Assembly (NCBI GenBank): GCA_016214785.1
Contig: JACRNV010000056.1
Location: forward strand, 6,843-70,842
Source of the DNA: Methanobacteriota archaeon
Lineage (GTDB): Archaea; Thermoplasmatota; Thermoplasmata; SG8-5; JACRNV01
Length of the DNA: 64,000 nucleotides
Direction of reading: 5' to 3'
The translations under genes were made by a program, and so were the position numbers. Every line of letters starts with the position of its first letter. Position 1 is the stretch's first letter. Shown here piece after piece: positions 48,048 through 57,442 of this stretch. The notes beneath the pieces were generated by a model. That model worked only from the letters and a program-made list of their open reading frames with translations, was not told where the DNA came from and did not search any database.

Positions 48048-49625
48048 GTGCAACAGATGCCGGATTTTCTCAAGGAGATGACGGACGACGCGCTCAAGGC
48101 CATGGCCGCGAGGGCCGGGGCGAGGCCCGAGGACGTTCCCTCCCGCGAAGCCGCGCTCGCGGTCATAGCGGAGTCGGTCAAAAAGAGGCTCGAATCGCTC
48201 AGCGCGGCCGAACTGAGGGAGAAGCTCGCGGAGTGCGACGTCCAGGCCCCGAAGGGCAAGAAGAGGAAGGACCTGATAGACGCTCTCGTCTCGGACGAGG
48301 CGGGCTTCTGCATGGCCGTGGGCGAGTACTTCCCCGCAGACGATCTCGTGGGCATCGAGGCCGACCTCAAGGACATTGGCAAGGACATCCAGAGGACCGT
48401 CGTGGATGTCAGGGCGGCGGGCCTGCTGTTCGATGAGGAGCTCGCCGCGATAAGGAGCGCCCTGGCCCAGCGCGCGGGCCAGCCGGCGAGCCTCAGGGCC
48501 GCCGACGAGGCAGCGAACATGGCCATGACGCAGCTCAACCAGGGGGACATGGACGGCGGGATGGCGTCGCTGTCGCAGGCCATGGCGCTCGCGGACCGCT
48601 CCGTCGCCGACTTCCAGGGCGCGATGCTCGCCCGGGCGCTGCTGGCGGCCATGGACACCGTGGCCTTCTGCAAGATGGCGGAATCGAACTCGGGGGAGAC
48701 CGAGAAGGAGCTCCACGACGCGCTGCGCGCCCACAGGGGCGGGCTCCCGGCGGCGAGGGACAGGGCCGTTGCGCTTTTAGATAAATGCGTTAAGATTTAC
48801 AGGGAGGAGCTCGTGGCCCTCCAATCGGTTTTGCAGACGAAGCAGATATTTGTCCAGAACATGAAGGCCCAGGGGGTCGACGTGTTCAACGCCGAGCGGT
48901 TCCTGAGGCGCGCCTCGGACGCCCTTGGCCAGAAGTCGTGCAGGGACGCCACGGAATACCTGGCGAGGGCCGAGCGCTCGGCCGTGGAGAGCAGGCAGGG
49001 GTGGCTCGAGCAGGTGCGCGGCCGGCTCCCGCAGGTCGAGGCCACGGTGCAGGAGGCGAAGGGCCTCGGCGCCGACGTCGGCGAGGCCGAGCGCCTGATA
49101 GAGCAGGCCAAGGTCGCGCTGGAGAGCAGCGACTATTCGCTCTGCGCCGAGCTCGTCAAGCGCGGCGAGCAGAGGGCCATCGAGGCCCAGCGCATGCAGG
49201 TCCAGAAGGCCGAGGAGCTGCGCAGGAGGCAGCTGCAGGCCGCGCAGGAGAGCCTCGTCACCTCGACCCAGTCGGTGACGGAGGCGAGGGCCTTCAACAT
49301 AGAGGGCTGGCAGGCATTGGACATGAAGGTAAGGGAGGCGCAGGAGGCGCTGATGCGCAGCGACGCCTTCGGCGCCACCACGGCCGCGAAGGAGGCCGGC
49401 GACCTCGCCCGCCAGATGCAGCAGGCCATAGAAGAGGGCAGGAAGGGCGCGGACGCATTGCAAGTCCAGTACACGGGCCCGTGCCCGAGGTGCAACCAGA
49501 TGGCCGTGAAGGCGCTGCAGACGGGCTTCGGCCGGTGCGCGTCGTGCGGGTTCGTCTACCCGTTCCAGTTCCAGCAGCAGCCGCAGAGGCAGGAGAAGCG
49601 CGGCTTCGGCATATTCAAGAGGTGA
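48048..49625 (+). CDS. Coiled-coil protein with C-terminal zinc ribbon (525 aa)
   Basis: Long Ala/Glu/Arg/Gln-rich heptad regions; C-terminal …CPRCNQMAV…CASCGF…; TATA-like acatttattta upstream. Confidence 0.7.
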   Translation: MQQMPDFLKEMTDDALKAMAARAGARPEDVPSREAALAVIAESVKKRLESLSAAELREKLAECDVQAPKGKKRKDLIDALVSDEAGFCMAVGEYFPADDLVGIEADLKDIGKDIQRTVVDVRAAGLLFDEELAAIRSALAQRAGQPASLRAADEAANMAMTQLNQGDMDGGMASLSQAMALADRSVADFQGAMLARALLAAMDTVAFCKMAESNSGETEKELHDALRAHRGGLPAARDRAVALLDKCVKIYREELVALQSVLQTKQIFVQNMKAQGVDVFNAERFLRRASDALGQKSCRDATEYLARAERSAVESRQGWLEQVRGRLPQVEATVQEAKGLGADVGEAERLIEQAKVALESSDYSLCAELVKRGEQRAIEAQRMQVQKAEELRRRQLQAAQESLVTSTQSVTEARAFNIEGWQALDMKVREAQEALMRSDAFGATTAAKEAGDLARQMQQAIEEGRKGADALQVQYTGPCPRCNQMAVKALQTGFGRCASCGFVYPFQFQQQPQRQEKRGFGIFKR

Positions 49626-49628
49626 GGG

Positions 49629-50549
49629 ATGAGACAGCGTCCTGTCAGGGACATCGATATCAAGGGCGGCATGACCGTCGCGGCCCTCGTCGGCCAGTTC
49701 GCGGAGGCGGGAGGCTTCACGGCGACGAAGTTCGCCGACGCAGTGGACATCACGAAGAAAATGCTCAAGGACAAGGATTGCGTTAAATTCCTCTCGTTCC
49801 CCGCGTGCATCAACGCCACGGGAACGCGCGGCGTCATAGCCAAGATGCTCAGGGAGCGCATGGCCGACGTCGTAATAACGACCTGCGGCACGGTAGACCA
49901 CGACCTCGCGCGCTCCTGGAAGGACTACTACCACGGCTCGTTCGAGATGGACGACGCCGGCCTCAGGGACAGGGGCGTCAACAGGCTCGGGAACGTCCTC
50001 GTGCCGAACGACAGCTACGGCACTATAATCGAGCAGAAGGTCCAGCCCTTCCTGCAGCAGATGTGGGACTCTGGCAAGAAGCGCATCGGGACGAAGGAGC
50101 TGCTCTGGAAGGTCGGCGAGATGTGCAAGGAGGACTCCATCCTCTACTGGGCGCAGAGGAACAAGATTCCCGTCTACGTGCCCGGCATAACCGACGGCTC
50201 GTTCGGCGCGCAGCTGTGGCTCTTCTCGCAGGAGCACAGGGAGCTGTGCATCGACCTCATGCAGGACGAGCGCGAGCTTGCGGACATAGTATTCCCGGCG
50301 CGGAAGACGGGCGCGCTCATCATCGGCGGCGGCATCTCCAAGCACCACACCATCTGGTGGAACCAGTTCAAGGAGGGGCTGGACTACGCCGTATACATAT
50401 CGACCGCCGCCGAGCACGACGGCTCTCTTTCAGGCGCCAGGACAAGGGAGGCGGTCTCGTGGGGGAAGATAGGCCGGAGGGCCAGGCACGTCACCGTGGA
50501 CGGCGACGCCACGATACTCCTTCCGCTGCTCGTGGCAGCCCTGAAGTGA
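49629..50549 (+). CDS. dys: Deoxyhypusine synthase
   Basis: …GGGISKHHTIWWNQF…DYAVYISTAAEHDGSLSGARTREAVSWGKI… (NAD/spermidine-site motifs of deoxyhypusine synthase). Confidence 0.92.
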   Translation: MRQRPVRDIDIKGGMTVAALVGQFAEAGGFTATKFADAVDITKKMLKDKDCVKFLSFPACINATGTRGVIAKMLRERMADVVITTCGTVDHDLARSWKDYYHGSFEMDDAGLRDRGVNRLGNVLVPNDSYGTIIEQKVQPFLQQMWDSGKKRIGTKELLWKVGEMCKEDSILYWAQRNKIPVYVPGITDGSFGAQLWLFSQEHRELCIDLMQDERELADIVFPARKTGALIIGGGISKHHTIWWNQFKEGLDYAVYISTAAEHDGSLSGARTREAVSWGKIGRRARHVTVDGDATILLPLLVAALK

Positions 50550-50609
50550 GCAATTTCACAATCTTCCGCCGCAACGTATTTAACCCCTCCCGCCAATCAA
50601 TCCGGCAAG

Positions 50610-51137
50610 GTGGGCATAGTGGGCGATCGTTCTTGCACCTGCGCCAGATGCGGCAAGGAAGTCGAGGGGGAAGGCCTGTGCGGCGAGTGCGCCGCACAGC
50701 CTGAGGCCAGCCCGCAGAAGAAGATATCCGACCTCATCGAGTGCGCGAAGAAGGAGATTGAGCGCGGGAAGAGGAAGGGCGTGGCCCTTGGGAACGCCGA
50801 GGAGCTTCTTGAGGGCGTGATGCTGATGCTCGAGGCCGAGAACGCCGACGACGCCCTCAGGCTCCTGAACGAGTGCCTGGAGTTCGCCTCGGAGCGCATC
50901 ATGCAGCACGAGATGCTCGTGGCGGGCATCAAGCGCGCGGAGATGAGGATAAAGGAGGCGGAGGAGCGCGGGCTGGACACGACGGAGGCCGCCACGCTCC
51001 TTAAGATGGCGCAGGGCGCGCTCGACAGCGCCGAGTACAGGGAGGGCATAGACTACGCGCGGAAGGGCGCGGAGGCGGCCCAGAAGGGGAGGAAGAAGGA
51101 CGTTCGGGTAGAGGTCGCGGCCTGGCAGAGGGAGTGA
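50610..51137 (+). CDS. Small zinc-ribbon + coiled-coil protein (175 aa, GTG start)
   Basis: N-terminal CTCARCGKEVEGEGLCGEC ribbon, then a charged helical region. Confidence 0.55.
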   Translation: MGIVGDRSCTCARCGKEVEGEGLCGECAAQPEASPQKKISDLIECAKKEIERGKRKGVALGNAEELLEGVMLMLEAENADDALRLLNECLEFASERIMQHEMLVAGIKRAEMRIKEAEERGLDTTEAATLLKMAQGALDSAEYREGIDYARKGAEAAQKGRKKDVRVEVAAWQRE

Positions 51138-51200
51138 GCGCCCGGGGCCAGCGTCGATACGGCATGATTAGATTTTTATGCTATGGCGTTTATGTAGCGG

Positions 51201-54200
51201 ATGGTGCCATTGTTGGAATGCCTCTCATGCGGCAAGGCCACTCCCCCGCGCGTTTTGCTGTGCCCCGATTGCTGCGACTCCAGGGCCGCCAGCGACGCCC
51301 TCTGGTTCGCCGACCCCGACCTCCCGGGCGCCGGGGGGATTTCAAGGGCGTCGGGATGCAACACGCTCGTCCTCAGGGACGGCGCCGCCGCGCCGGAGAT
51401 TCTCGTAGCCGATAGCTCGGGGCGCTTCGAGGCGCCGAGGGACCTGAACTCAAGAGATCTCGAATCGGGGAAGTGGCAGAGCACGGCCCGGGCGGCCGTG
51501 TCCCTGGCCGCGATACCGGCAGTCATCCCGGACAAGGGCGCGGTCCATGTGGAGGCCGGCGACCACGCATGGCTGGAGCGCAGCCTGGGCTCGGCCATCA
51601 GGGATGGCCCGGGCGACGCCGAGAGGATAGACCCGCTCCTCGCGTGCAGGCTGGCCGCGCTCACGTGGCATTCCAGGGTCTCGCAGACCATAGTCCCCGC
51701 CCTGGGCGATGACTGGGTGGCGAGGTTCGACTCGGCCGCCGCGCGGCGCACGCTCGCGTGGCTCGACCTCGCGCTGAAGGCCAAGCCGTCGTGCCGCGAG
51801 GCCCTCAGGAGCAAGGGCGCTGTCCTGGGGATGCTCGGCAGGGAGGCCGCGGCCGCGGCGGTGTTCGAGCTGCTGTCGAAGGTCGAGGAGGACAGCGCCG
51901 ACGTCTGGCAGAAGCGCGGCAGGGCGCTGGCCAGCACCGGCGGCCAGGTCGACGCCCTGAGGTGCTTCGAGCGCGCCCTGGCGATGAGCAGGGACGACCC
52001 ATCGCTGTGGGGCGACAAGGGCGACTCGCTGGCCGCGCTCGGCAGGCACCGCGAGGCCGTGCGCTGCTACGACCGCGCGCTGGAGCTCTCGCCCGGCGAC
52101 CGCGCGCTCTCCGAAAAGAAGGCCGACGCCCTCACCCGCCTGGGGGACATAGAGCAGGCCGTCTCAATCTACGACAGCGTCAAGAGGCCATCGGTGCCGA
52201 GGAAGGCGCCGGATGCCCAGCCACAGAGGCCGGCCTGGCCCGCAGCGCCTAAGGAAGGCCCGCCGCGGGAGAAGATGGGCCGCGCCGAAATGCCCGCTCC
52301 GGCTCCAGAGCCCGCGAGGCCCGCAACGGAGGCGCGCCCCGGGCCATCATTCCCCGTCCCACAAGAAGTGCCGAAGCCCGCCGCGCCATTGATGGCCGAG
52401 GCGCCCGCGCCAGCTCCCATCGAGCAGCCAAAGCCGGCTGCGCCGGAGAGGAGGGCTCCGCCGCCATCGTTCTTCAGCCAGATGAAGGAAGCGGCTGGCA
52501 AGATAGAGCCCGAGAGAGAAGAGAGGGACGTCACCCCCGTTCCAATTTACCAGGCGCCGTTCATGGACCAACCGGCCCCGCCGCCGAGGAAGGAGCCGGC
52601 CGCGATACCGGAGGAAGAGGCGCTCCCCGGGTCGGACATGGCAGAGCCCCCGAGAAAGGACTCGCCCCTCGCGAAGGAGCAAGCCCTGGAGCGCAGGCTC
52701 GAGGCCGAGAAGGCCCTCCCGCCGGACAGGGAGAAAGCCCTGCCACCGATGAAGGAGGATCTCGACCGCCTCGACCGGGAGATAGACGAGCTCCTGCCCG
52801 AGGAGGCCGAGCCCAGGGAGAAGCCGCTGCCCGGGAAGCCGCTGGACGAGACCTTCCCCGAGGAGGCCGAGCCCGCGGCATCGAAGATAGAGAGGGAGCT
52901 GGACGGCTTCCTGCCGCAAGGGCCCGGCAAGCGAGCGGCCAAACGACCAACAAGGGACGCCGAGGCCGAGAGGATAGAGGACGACATCGACAACGTCATG
53001 CTCCCCTCGCAGGAGGTGGAGGATCTCTTCGACAAGGCCGAGGGCCTGCTCGACGAAGGCGAGTACGAGGCCGCGCTCTTCGCCTACGAGGCCGTGCTGC
53101 ACAAGGAGCCGAGGAACAACGACGCAATCGCGGGCAGGGCCGACTCCTTGGCCGGCATGGGCCGGACCGGCGAGGCCTTGAAGCTTCTCAACGAGGCGCT
53201 GTCCGGCGGCCCGGACAACATCGTACTCCTGGAAGCGAGGGGCGATGTCGAGATGCGCGCGGGCAATTACCGGGAAGCGCTCGATGACTACAACGCCTGC
53301 ATATCCACTGACCGCACGGACGAGATAATATGGGTGAAGAGGGGCGAGGCGGCGCTGAGGCTCAAGTCCTTCGACGACGCCCTCGCGTCGTTCAATCGGG
53401 CCGTGGAACTCGACCCCCAGGACCACATAGCGTGGATAGGCGTCGGCGACGCGCTCGTCGCGCTCGGCAAGGCGGACGAGGGGTACAAGTGCTACGACAA
53501 GGCCGTGGAGCTCGACGCGAACAGCGCCATCGCCTGGTACAAGAAGGGGCTCGTCCTCGACGATAAGGGGAGGTGGGGCGGCGCGCTCCAGTTCTACGAC
53601 AAGGCCATCGCCATCGACCCGCAGCTCGCCCCCGCGAGGCTCAAGGTCGCCAACATCTACATCTCCAACAACAGGTACGACCTCGCCATCAAGGCCTGCG
53701 ACGCGGCCCTGGCCGCCGACCCGCTGAGCGCGGAGTTCATGGTGCTGAAGGCCCGGGCGCTGAAGCTCATGGGCCGCTGGGGCGCGGCGATACAGGCGCT
53801 GGACGACATGGAGAGCGCCATCAAAGGCAACCCGCAGGCCCAGGTCCTTCGCGGCGAGCTGCTGATGGAGAAGGGGGAGCCCGATGCGGCGATGGAGTGC
53901 TTCGACCGCGCCCTGGCCAAGGACCAGGACAACGTGGACGCGCTCGTGCACAAGGGGCGGCTCCTCTACCAGAACGGCGGCTTCAACGAGTCCATCAAGC
54001 ATTTCAAGCGGGCGTCGCAGGCCGACCCCACTTCGGTCGAGGCGTGGCGCGGCCTCGCCGACTCGTTTAAAGACGTCAATGACGAGCAGAAGGCCCTCGA
54101 CGCCTACGACAAGGCGCTGGGGCTCGCGCCCACCGACGCCAAGCTGTGGCTGGCCAAGGGCATAGCATTGCAGGAGTTCGAGAAGTTCAGGGAAGCGATG

Positions 54201-54302
54201 AAGGCGTACGACAAGGCCCTGGGCCTCGACCCGAGGCTCGAGGAGGCGCGGCGCTGGAGGGAGCGGTGCGCCAAGCGCATAGATGAAGGGGGCGGGGCCT
54301 GA
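51201..54302 (+). CDS. 1,033-aa protein: N-terminal zinc ribbon, Pro/Glu-rich disordered linker, C-terminal array of ≥12 TPR repeats
   Basis: CLSCGK…CPDCC ribbon; ~300-aa PxxP/E-rich linker; TPR consensus (W-LG-Y, A-F-A-P) repeated from ~aa 590 to the end. Its stop overlaps the next ATG (TGATG at 54300-54304). Confidence 0.8.
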   Translation: MVPLLECLSCGKATPPRVLLCPDCCDSRAASDALWFADPDLPGAGGISRASGCNTLVLRDGAAAPEILVADSSGRFEAPRDLNSRDLESGKWQSTARAAVSLAAIPAVIPDKGAVHVEAGDHAWLERSLGSAIRDGPGDAERIDPLLACRLAALTWHSRVSQTIVPALGDDWVARFDSAAARRTLAWLDLALKAKPSCREALRSKGAVLGMLGREAAAAAVFELLSKVEEDSADVWQKRGRALASTGGQVDALRCFERALAMSRDDPSLWGDKGDSLAALGRHREAVRCYDRALELSPGDRALSEKKADALTRLGDIEQAVSIYDSVKRPSVPRKAPDAQPQRPAWPAAPKEGPPREKMGRAEMPAPAPEPARPATEARPGPSFPVPQEVPKPAAPLMAEAPAPAPIEQPKPAAPERRAPPPSFFSQMKEAAGKIEPEREERDVTPVPIYQAPFMDQPAPPPRKEPAAIPEEEALPGSDMAEPPRKDSPLAKEQALERRLEAEKALPPDREKALPPMKEDLDRLDREIDELLPEEAEPREKPLPGKPLDETFPEEAEPAASKIERELDGFLPQGPGKRAAKRPTRDAEAERIEDDIDNVMLPSQEVEDLFDKAEGLLDEGEYEAALFAYEAVLHKEPRNNDAIAGRADSLAGMGRTGEALKLLNEALSGGPDNIVLLEARGDVEMRAGNYREALDDYNACISTDRTDEIIWVKRGEAALRLKSFDDALASFNRAVELDPQDHIAWIGVGDALVALGKADEGYKCYDKAVELDANSAIAWYKKGLVLDDKGRWGGALQFYDKAIAIDPQLAPARLKVANIYISNNRYDLAIKACDAALAADPLSAEFMVLKARALKLMGRWGAAIQALDDMESAIKGNPQAQVLRGELLMEKGEPDAAMECFDRALAKDQDNVDALVHKGRLLYQNGGFNESIKHFKRASQADPTSVEAWRGLADSFKDVNDEQKALDAYDKALGLAPTDAKLWLAKGIALQEFEKFREAMKAYDKALGLDPRLEEARRWRERCAKRIDEGGGA

Positions 54303-57300
54303 TGTCCAGCGCCGAGCGGCTCCTTGGCAGCCTGCGCGACCTGTCCGACCCGGAGTTCCGGGAGGTCCTCACGAAGCTGCTGAAGGGAATGGGGCTGAGC
54401 GCCAGGAACGTCCGCACCGTCGGCCCGGGGCTGGAGATAGAGGCCGTCCTGGACAGCAACTACGATGCGTACTTCGTCCTCGCGAGCCGCGCGCAGTCGC
54501 AGGCCAGGCCCGAGGAGCTGCAGAAGGGCGTCGAGCGCATGCGCTCCATGGGCATCAGGAAGGGCATTTTCTTTTTACCGGGCGGGGCGACGAAGGAAGC
54601 CCAGGAGTACGCCTCGCAGTTCGACGTCTCGGTCGCCGGCATGGACGACATGTCGGCCCTGCTGGACAAGTTCGATCTCTCCGGGGACGTCGAGCGCAAG
54701 GCGTCGAAGCGCTTCCTGGAGCGCGAGGGGGACAGGTACCTCCCGAGCATCGACAAGCTCGAGACCTCGATGAAGTGGGGGAACGACTTCTACGCCTCCG
54801 GCAACTACCGGAAAGCCATAGACTACTTCGAGCAGGCTGCGGCGCTGAAGCCCAGCTACGACCTGGCCTGGCTGATGCTCGGCAACTGCCACCACGCGCT
54901 CGGAGATTACGACAAGGCAGCCGAGGCTTTCGAGGGCGCGCTCGAGCGCAACCCCGAGAGCGAGGAGGCGTGGTTCGACCTCGGAAACACCCTGTACTTC
55001 CTGGGCAGGCACGACGACGAGCTCGCCTGCTACGACAAGGCCATCGCGCTCAACAAGTCCTACGACAGGCCGTGGAACAACAAGGGCGCGACGCTGCTCG
55101 AGCTGGGGAAGTTCGAGGAGGCCGTCCTGTGCTTCGACAAGGGCCTGAAGGTTGACCCGAAGAACGAGAAGGCGCTGAACAACCGCGGCGTGGCGCTGAA
55201 GAAGCTCGGCAGGATGCGCGACGCGATCGAATCGTTCGACCGGGCGCTCGCCATCGCCCCCGACTATCCGGACGCCATGCTGAACAAGGGCCTGGCCCTG
55301 CAGGAGATGGGCGAATACCTCGCGGCGGTCAAAGCGTACGACGAGGTCCTGGCTAGGGCGAAGTCCGCCGAGCTCTACTGCCAGAAGGCGACGGCGCTCA
55401 TGGCCGCCGAGAGGCATCTGGCGGCCATCGAGTCCGTCGATGCCGCGCTCATCCTCAGGCCCGGCTGGGACGTCGCATTGGATTTGAAGAAGAAGGCCAA
55501 GAGGGCGCTCGACAGGCAGTCGAAGCTCCGGAAGGGCGGGGAGCCCGAAGAACCCCCGAAGCCGACTGAAATTGTCAAGCCGGTGCCAATCACAATGCCG
55601 AAGCCCGTGGAAGCCCCCGAGCCTGAGGTCGCCGCGCCCAAGGTCGAAGAGCCGAAGCTTCCACCGCCGCTCGTCCCTCGAACCGAGATAGGCGGGCCGG
55701 CGGTCGTCGGGTCTCCGCAACCTGTGGAAGCGGTAGAGCCCGCCGGAGCGCCCGTTGCGAAGGCCGAGGGCTCCCCGATTGCGCCGAAGCCAGAGGCGCC
55801 ATGCGCGTCCTGCGGCAAGATGGCCCCGGCCGGCTCGAAGTTCTGCCCCCACTGCGGCGAGCCCATGGCCAGGGAGGGGTTCGTGTGCTCGGACTGCGGC
55901 GCGGAGGTGCTGGAGAGCTACAGGCACTGCCCGTCGTGCGGGGCGGCGCTCGATGAGGGCGAGGAAGAGGGGCTGACCGGGGGCGAGAGGGCCTTCGAGA
56001 AGGTCGAGGATGCGATAGCAAAGGAGCGGTTCGAAAGGACCGTCGACCACCTCTTCGCCGAGGGGGAGCTGAGAAGGCGCCTCGGGGACACCGAGGGCGC
56101 GCTCGACATGCTGCAGAAGGCCTCGGTGCAGATGGTCATACCGTTCGTGCAATCCGATGACCCGAAGGTCTACACCCACGTGGGGATGTGCAACATGGCC
56201 CTGGGCAGGCACGAGGACGCGCTCGAGGCATTCGAGCAGGCCCTGAACCGTGAGCCGGACAACATGCTGGCCATGCACGGCAGGATAGAGGCATTGACGT
56301 TGATGGAGCGGCACGCGTCGGCCAGCGACGCGCTCGACGAGCTGCTCGAATCGGGCGAGAGCGCGAGGCTCTGGCTCATGAAGGCCGACCTGATGGCGCG
56401 ATGGGGCAGGCACGCCCAGGAGGTCGAGGCGCTCGATCGCGCGGCCGAGCTCTCGGGAGAGATAGAGGACCTCTGGGACGTGGAGGGCATCGCCCTCGCG
56501 CTGGACGGCAAGGACGAGGACGCCCTCCTGTGCTTCGACCGCTCCGTGCAGGTCAACCCGGACTACTGGGAGGGGTGGAACAACAGGGGCGTGCTCCTAG
56601 TCGAGGCCGGGGACGTGCCGCTGGCGACGAAGTACGTAGACCGCGCCATCGACGTCGAGCCCGCGGCCTTCGAGGCCTGGGCGAACAGAGCGCACATCAT
56701 CGCTTCCGAGGGCCGCTTGGACGAGGCCGTGGAGTGCATGGAGGAGGCGCTGCTCCTGCGGAAGGCGTCGTGGGCGTGGGCGCAGAAGGGCATTTACCTT
56801 TTGAAGGGCGACCTGGTGGAAAAGGCCCTGGATGCGGCCGAGAGCGGCCTGAAGCTCGATGACAGGGACGCGGGCTGCTGGAACGTCTGCGGCCTCGCAT
56901 TGCTGAGGAAGGGGAGGCTCGCGGACGCCCTGGAGGCGTTCGAGAAGGCCGCGGCCATCGCGCCCGGATTCGAGGACGCGAAGCGCAACCTCGCGCTCGT
57001 CCGGGACAGGATTGAGGGGGACGGGCTGAAGTGCCCCAAATGCGGCGAGAGCGCGTCGCCGGGGGACAAGAGGTGCAGGAAGTGCGGCGGGCGGCTTGCG
57101 CGCGACGCCAGGGAGAACGCCCTGGCGAAGGAGATGGAGAGGGCCATCGCCGAGGACGTCGAGCCCGAGCAGAAGAAGGCGCAGAAGCCCAAGCGCAAGG
57201 AGAAGAGGGCGCCGTCGCGCGAGGAGTTCGTGTCCCTGCTGATGACCGTGCCCGGGATAGGCTACGCCAAGGCCAACGACCTGTGGGAGGCGGGCTTCAG

Positions 57301-57400
57301 GAGCGGGGACGACGTCGCGCGCGCGGACATGGCCATGCTGACGAGGGTGAGGGGCATCACGCCGCACCTGGCCAGGAAGATGAAGAAGGGGCTGGGGTAG
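54302..57400 (+). CDS. 1,032-aa multidomain protein: N-terminal Mrr-cat-like restriction-endonuclease-fold domain, TPR block, double zinc ribbon, second TPR block, zinc ribbon, C-terminal helix-hairpin-helix
   Basis: N-terminus …LTKLLKGMGL…VGPGLEIEAV…YFVLASRAQ…KGIFFLPGGATKEAQEYA…VAGMDDMSALL follows the Mrr_cat layout (the catalytic Lys position reads Arg). CASCGK…CPHCGE / CSDCGA…CPSCGA ribbons. CPKCGE…CRKCGG. …LLMTVPGIGYAKANDLWEAGF…LTRVRGITPHLARKM helix-hairpin-helix. Confidence 0.8.
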   Translation: MSSAERLLGSLRDLSDPEFREVLTKLLKGMGLSARNVRTVGPGLEIEAVLDSNYDAYFVLASRAQSQARPEELQKGVERMRSMGIRKGIFFLPGGATKEAQEYASQFDVSVAGMDDMSALLDKFDLSGDVERKASKRFLEREGDRYLPSIDKLETSMKWGNDFYASGNYRKAIDYFEQAAALKPSYDLAWLMLGNCHHALGDYDKAAEAFEGALERNPESEEAWFDLGNTLYFLGRHDDELACYDKAIALNKSYDRPWNNKGATLLELGKFEEAVLCFDKGLKVDPKNEKALNNRGVALKKLGRMRDAIESFDRALAIAPDYPDAMLNKGLALQEMGEYLAAVKAYDEVLARAKSAELYCQKATALMAAERHLAAIESVDAALILRPGWDVALDLKKKAKRALDRQSKLRKGGEPEEPPKPTEIVKPVPITMPKPVEAPEPEVAAPKVEEPKLPPPLVPRTEIGGPAVVGSPQPVEAVEPAGAPVAKAEGSPIAPKPEAPCASCGKMAPAGSKFCPHCGEPMAREGFVCSDCGAEVLESYRHCPSCGAALDEGEEEGLTGGERAFEKVEDAIAKERFERTVDHLFAEGELRRRLGDTEGALDMLQKASVQMVIPFVQSDDPKVYTHVGMCNMALGRHEDALEAFEQALNREPDNMLAMHGRIEALTLMERHASASDALDELLESGESARLWLMKADLMARWGRHAQEVEALDRAAELSGEIEDLWDVEGIALALDGKDEDALLCFDRSVQVNPDYWEGWNNRGVLLVEAGDVPLATKYVDRAIDVEPAAFEAWANRAHIIASEGRLDEAVECMEEALLLRKASWAWAQKGIYLLKGDLVEKALDAAESGLKLDDRDAGCWNVCGLALLRKGRLADALEAFEKAAAIAPGFEDAKRNLALVRDRIEGDGLKCPKCGESASPGDKRCRKCGGRLARDARENALAKEMERAIAEDVEPEQKKAQKPKRKEKRAPSREEFVSLLMTVPGIGYAKANDLWEAGFRSGDDVARADMAMLTRVRGITPHLARKMKKGLG

Positions 57401-57442
57401 CCATTACCGCACCCTTAAATCCTGCCGGTTGATTGTGGTCCG

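Noticed and set aside
48777-50417. 546-aa minus ORF opposite the coiled-coil protein and deoxyhypusine synthase genes; also 50580..51049 and 51176..52018 minus ORFs
   Set aside because: They are antisense to genes with strong family motifs (deoxyhypusine synthase) and have GC-noise composition.
52347-56413. Large minus-strand ORFs (52347..54002, 54575..56413, 56597..57367) inside the TPR giant-protein genes
   Set aside because: The plus-strand frames have regular TPR periodicity and zinc ribbons. The minus frames are Arg/Leu/Gly-rich without structure.
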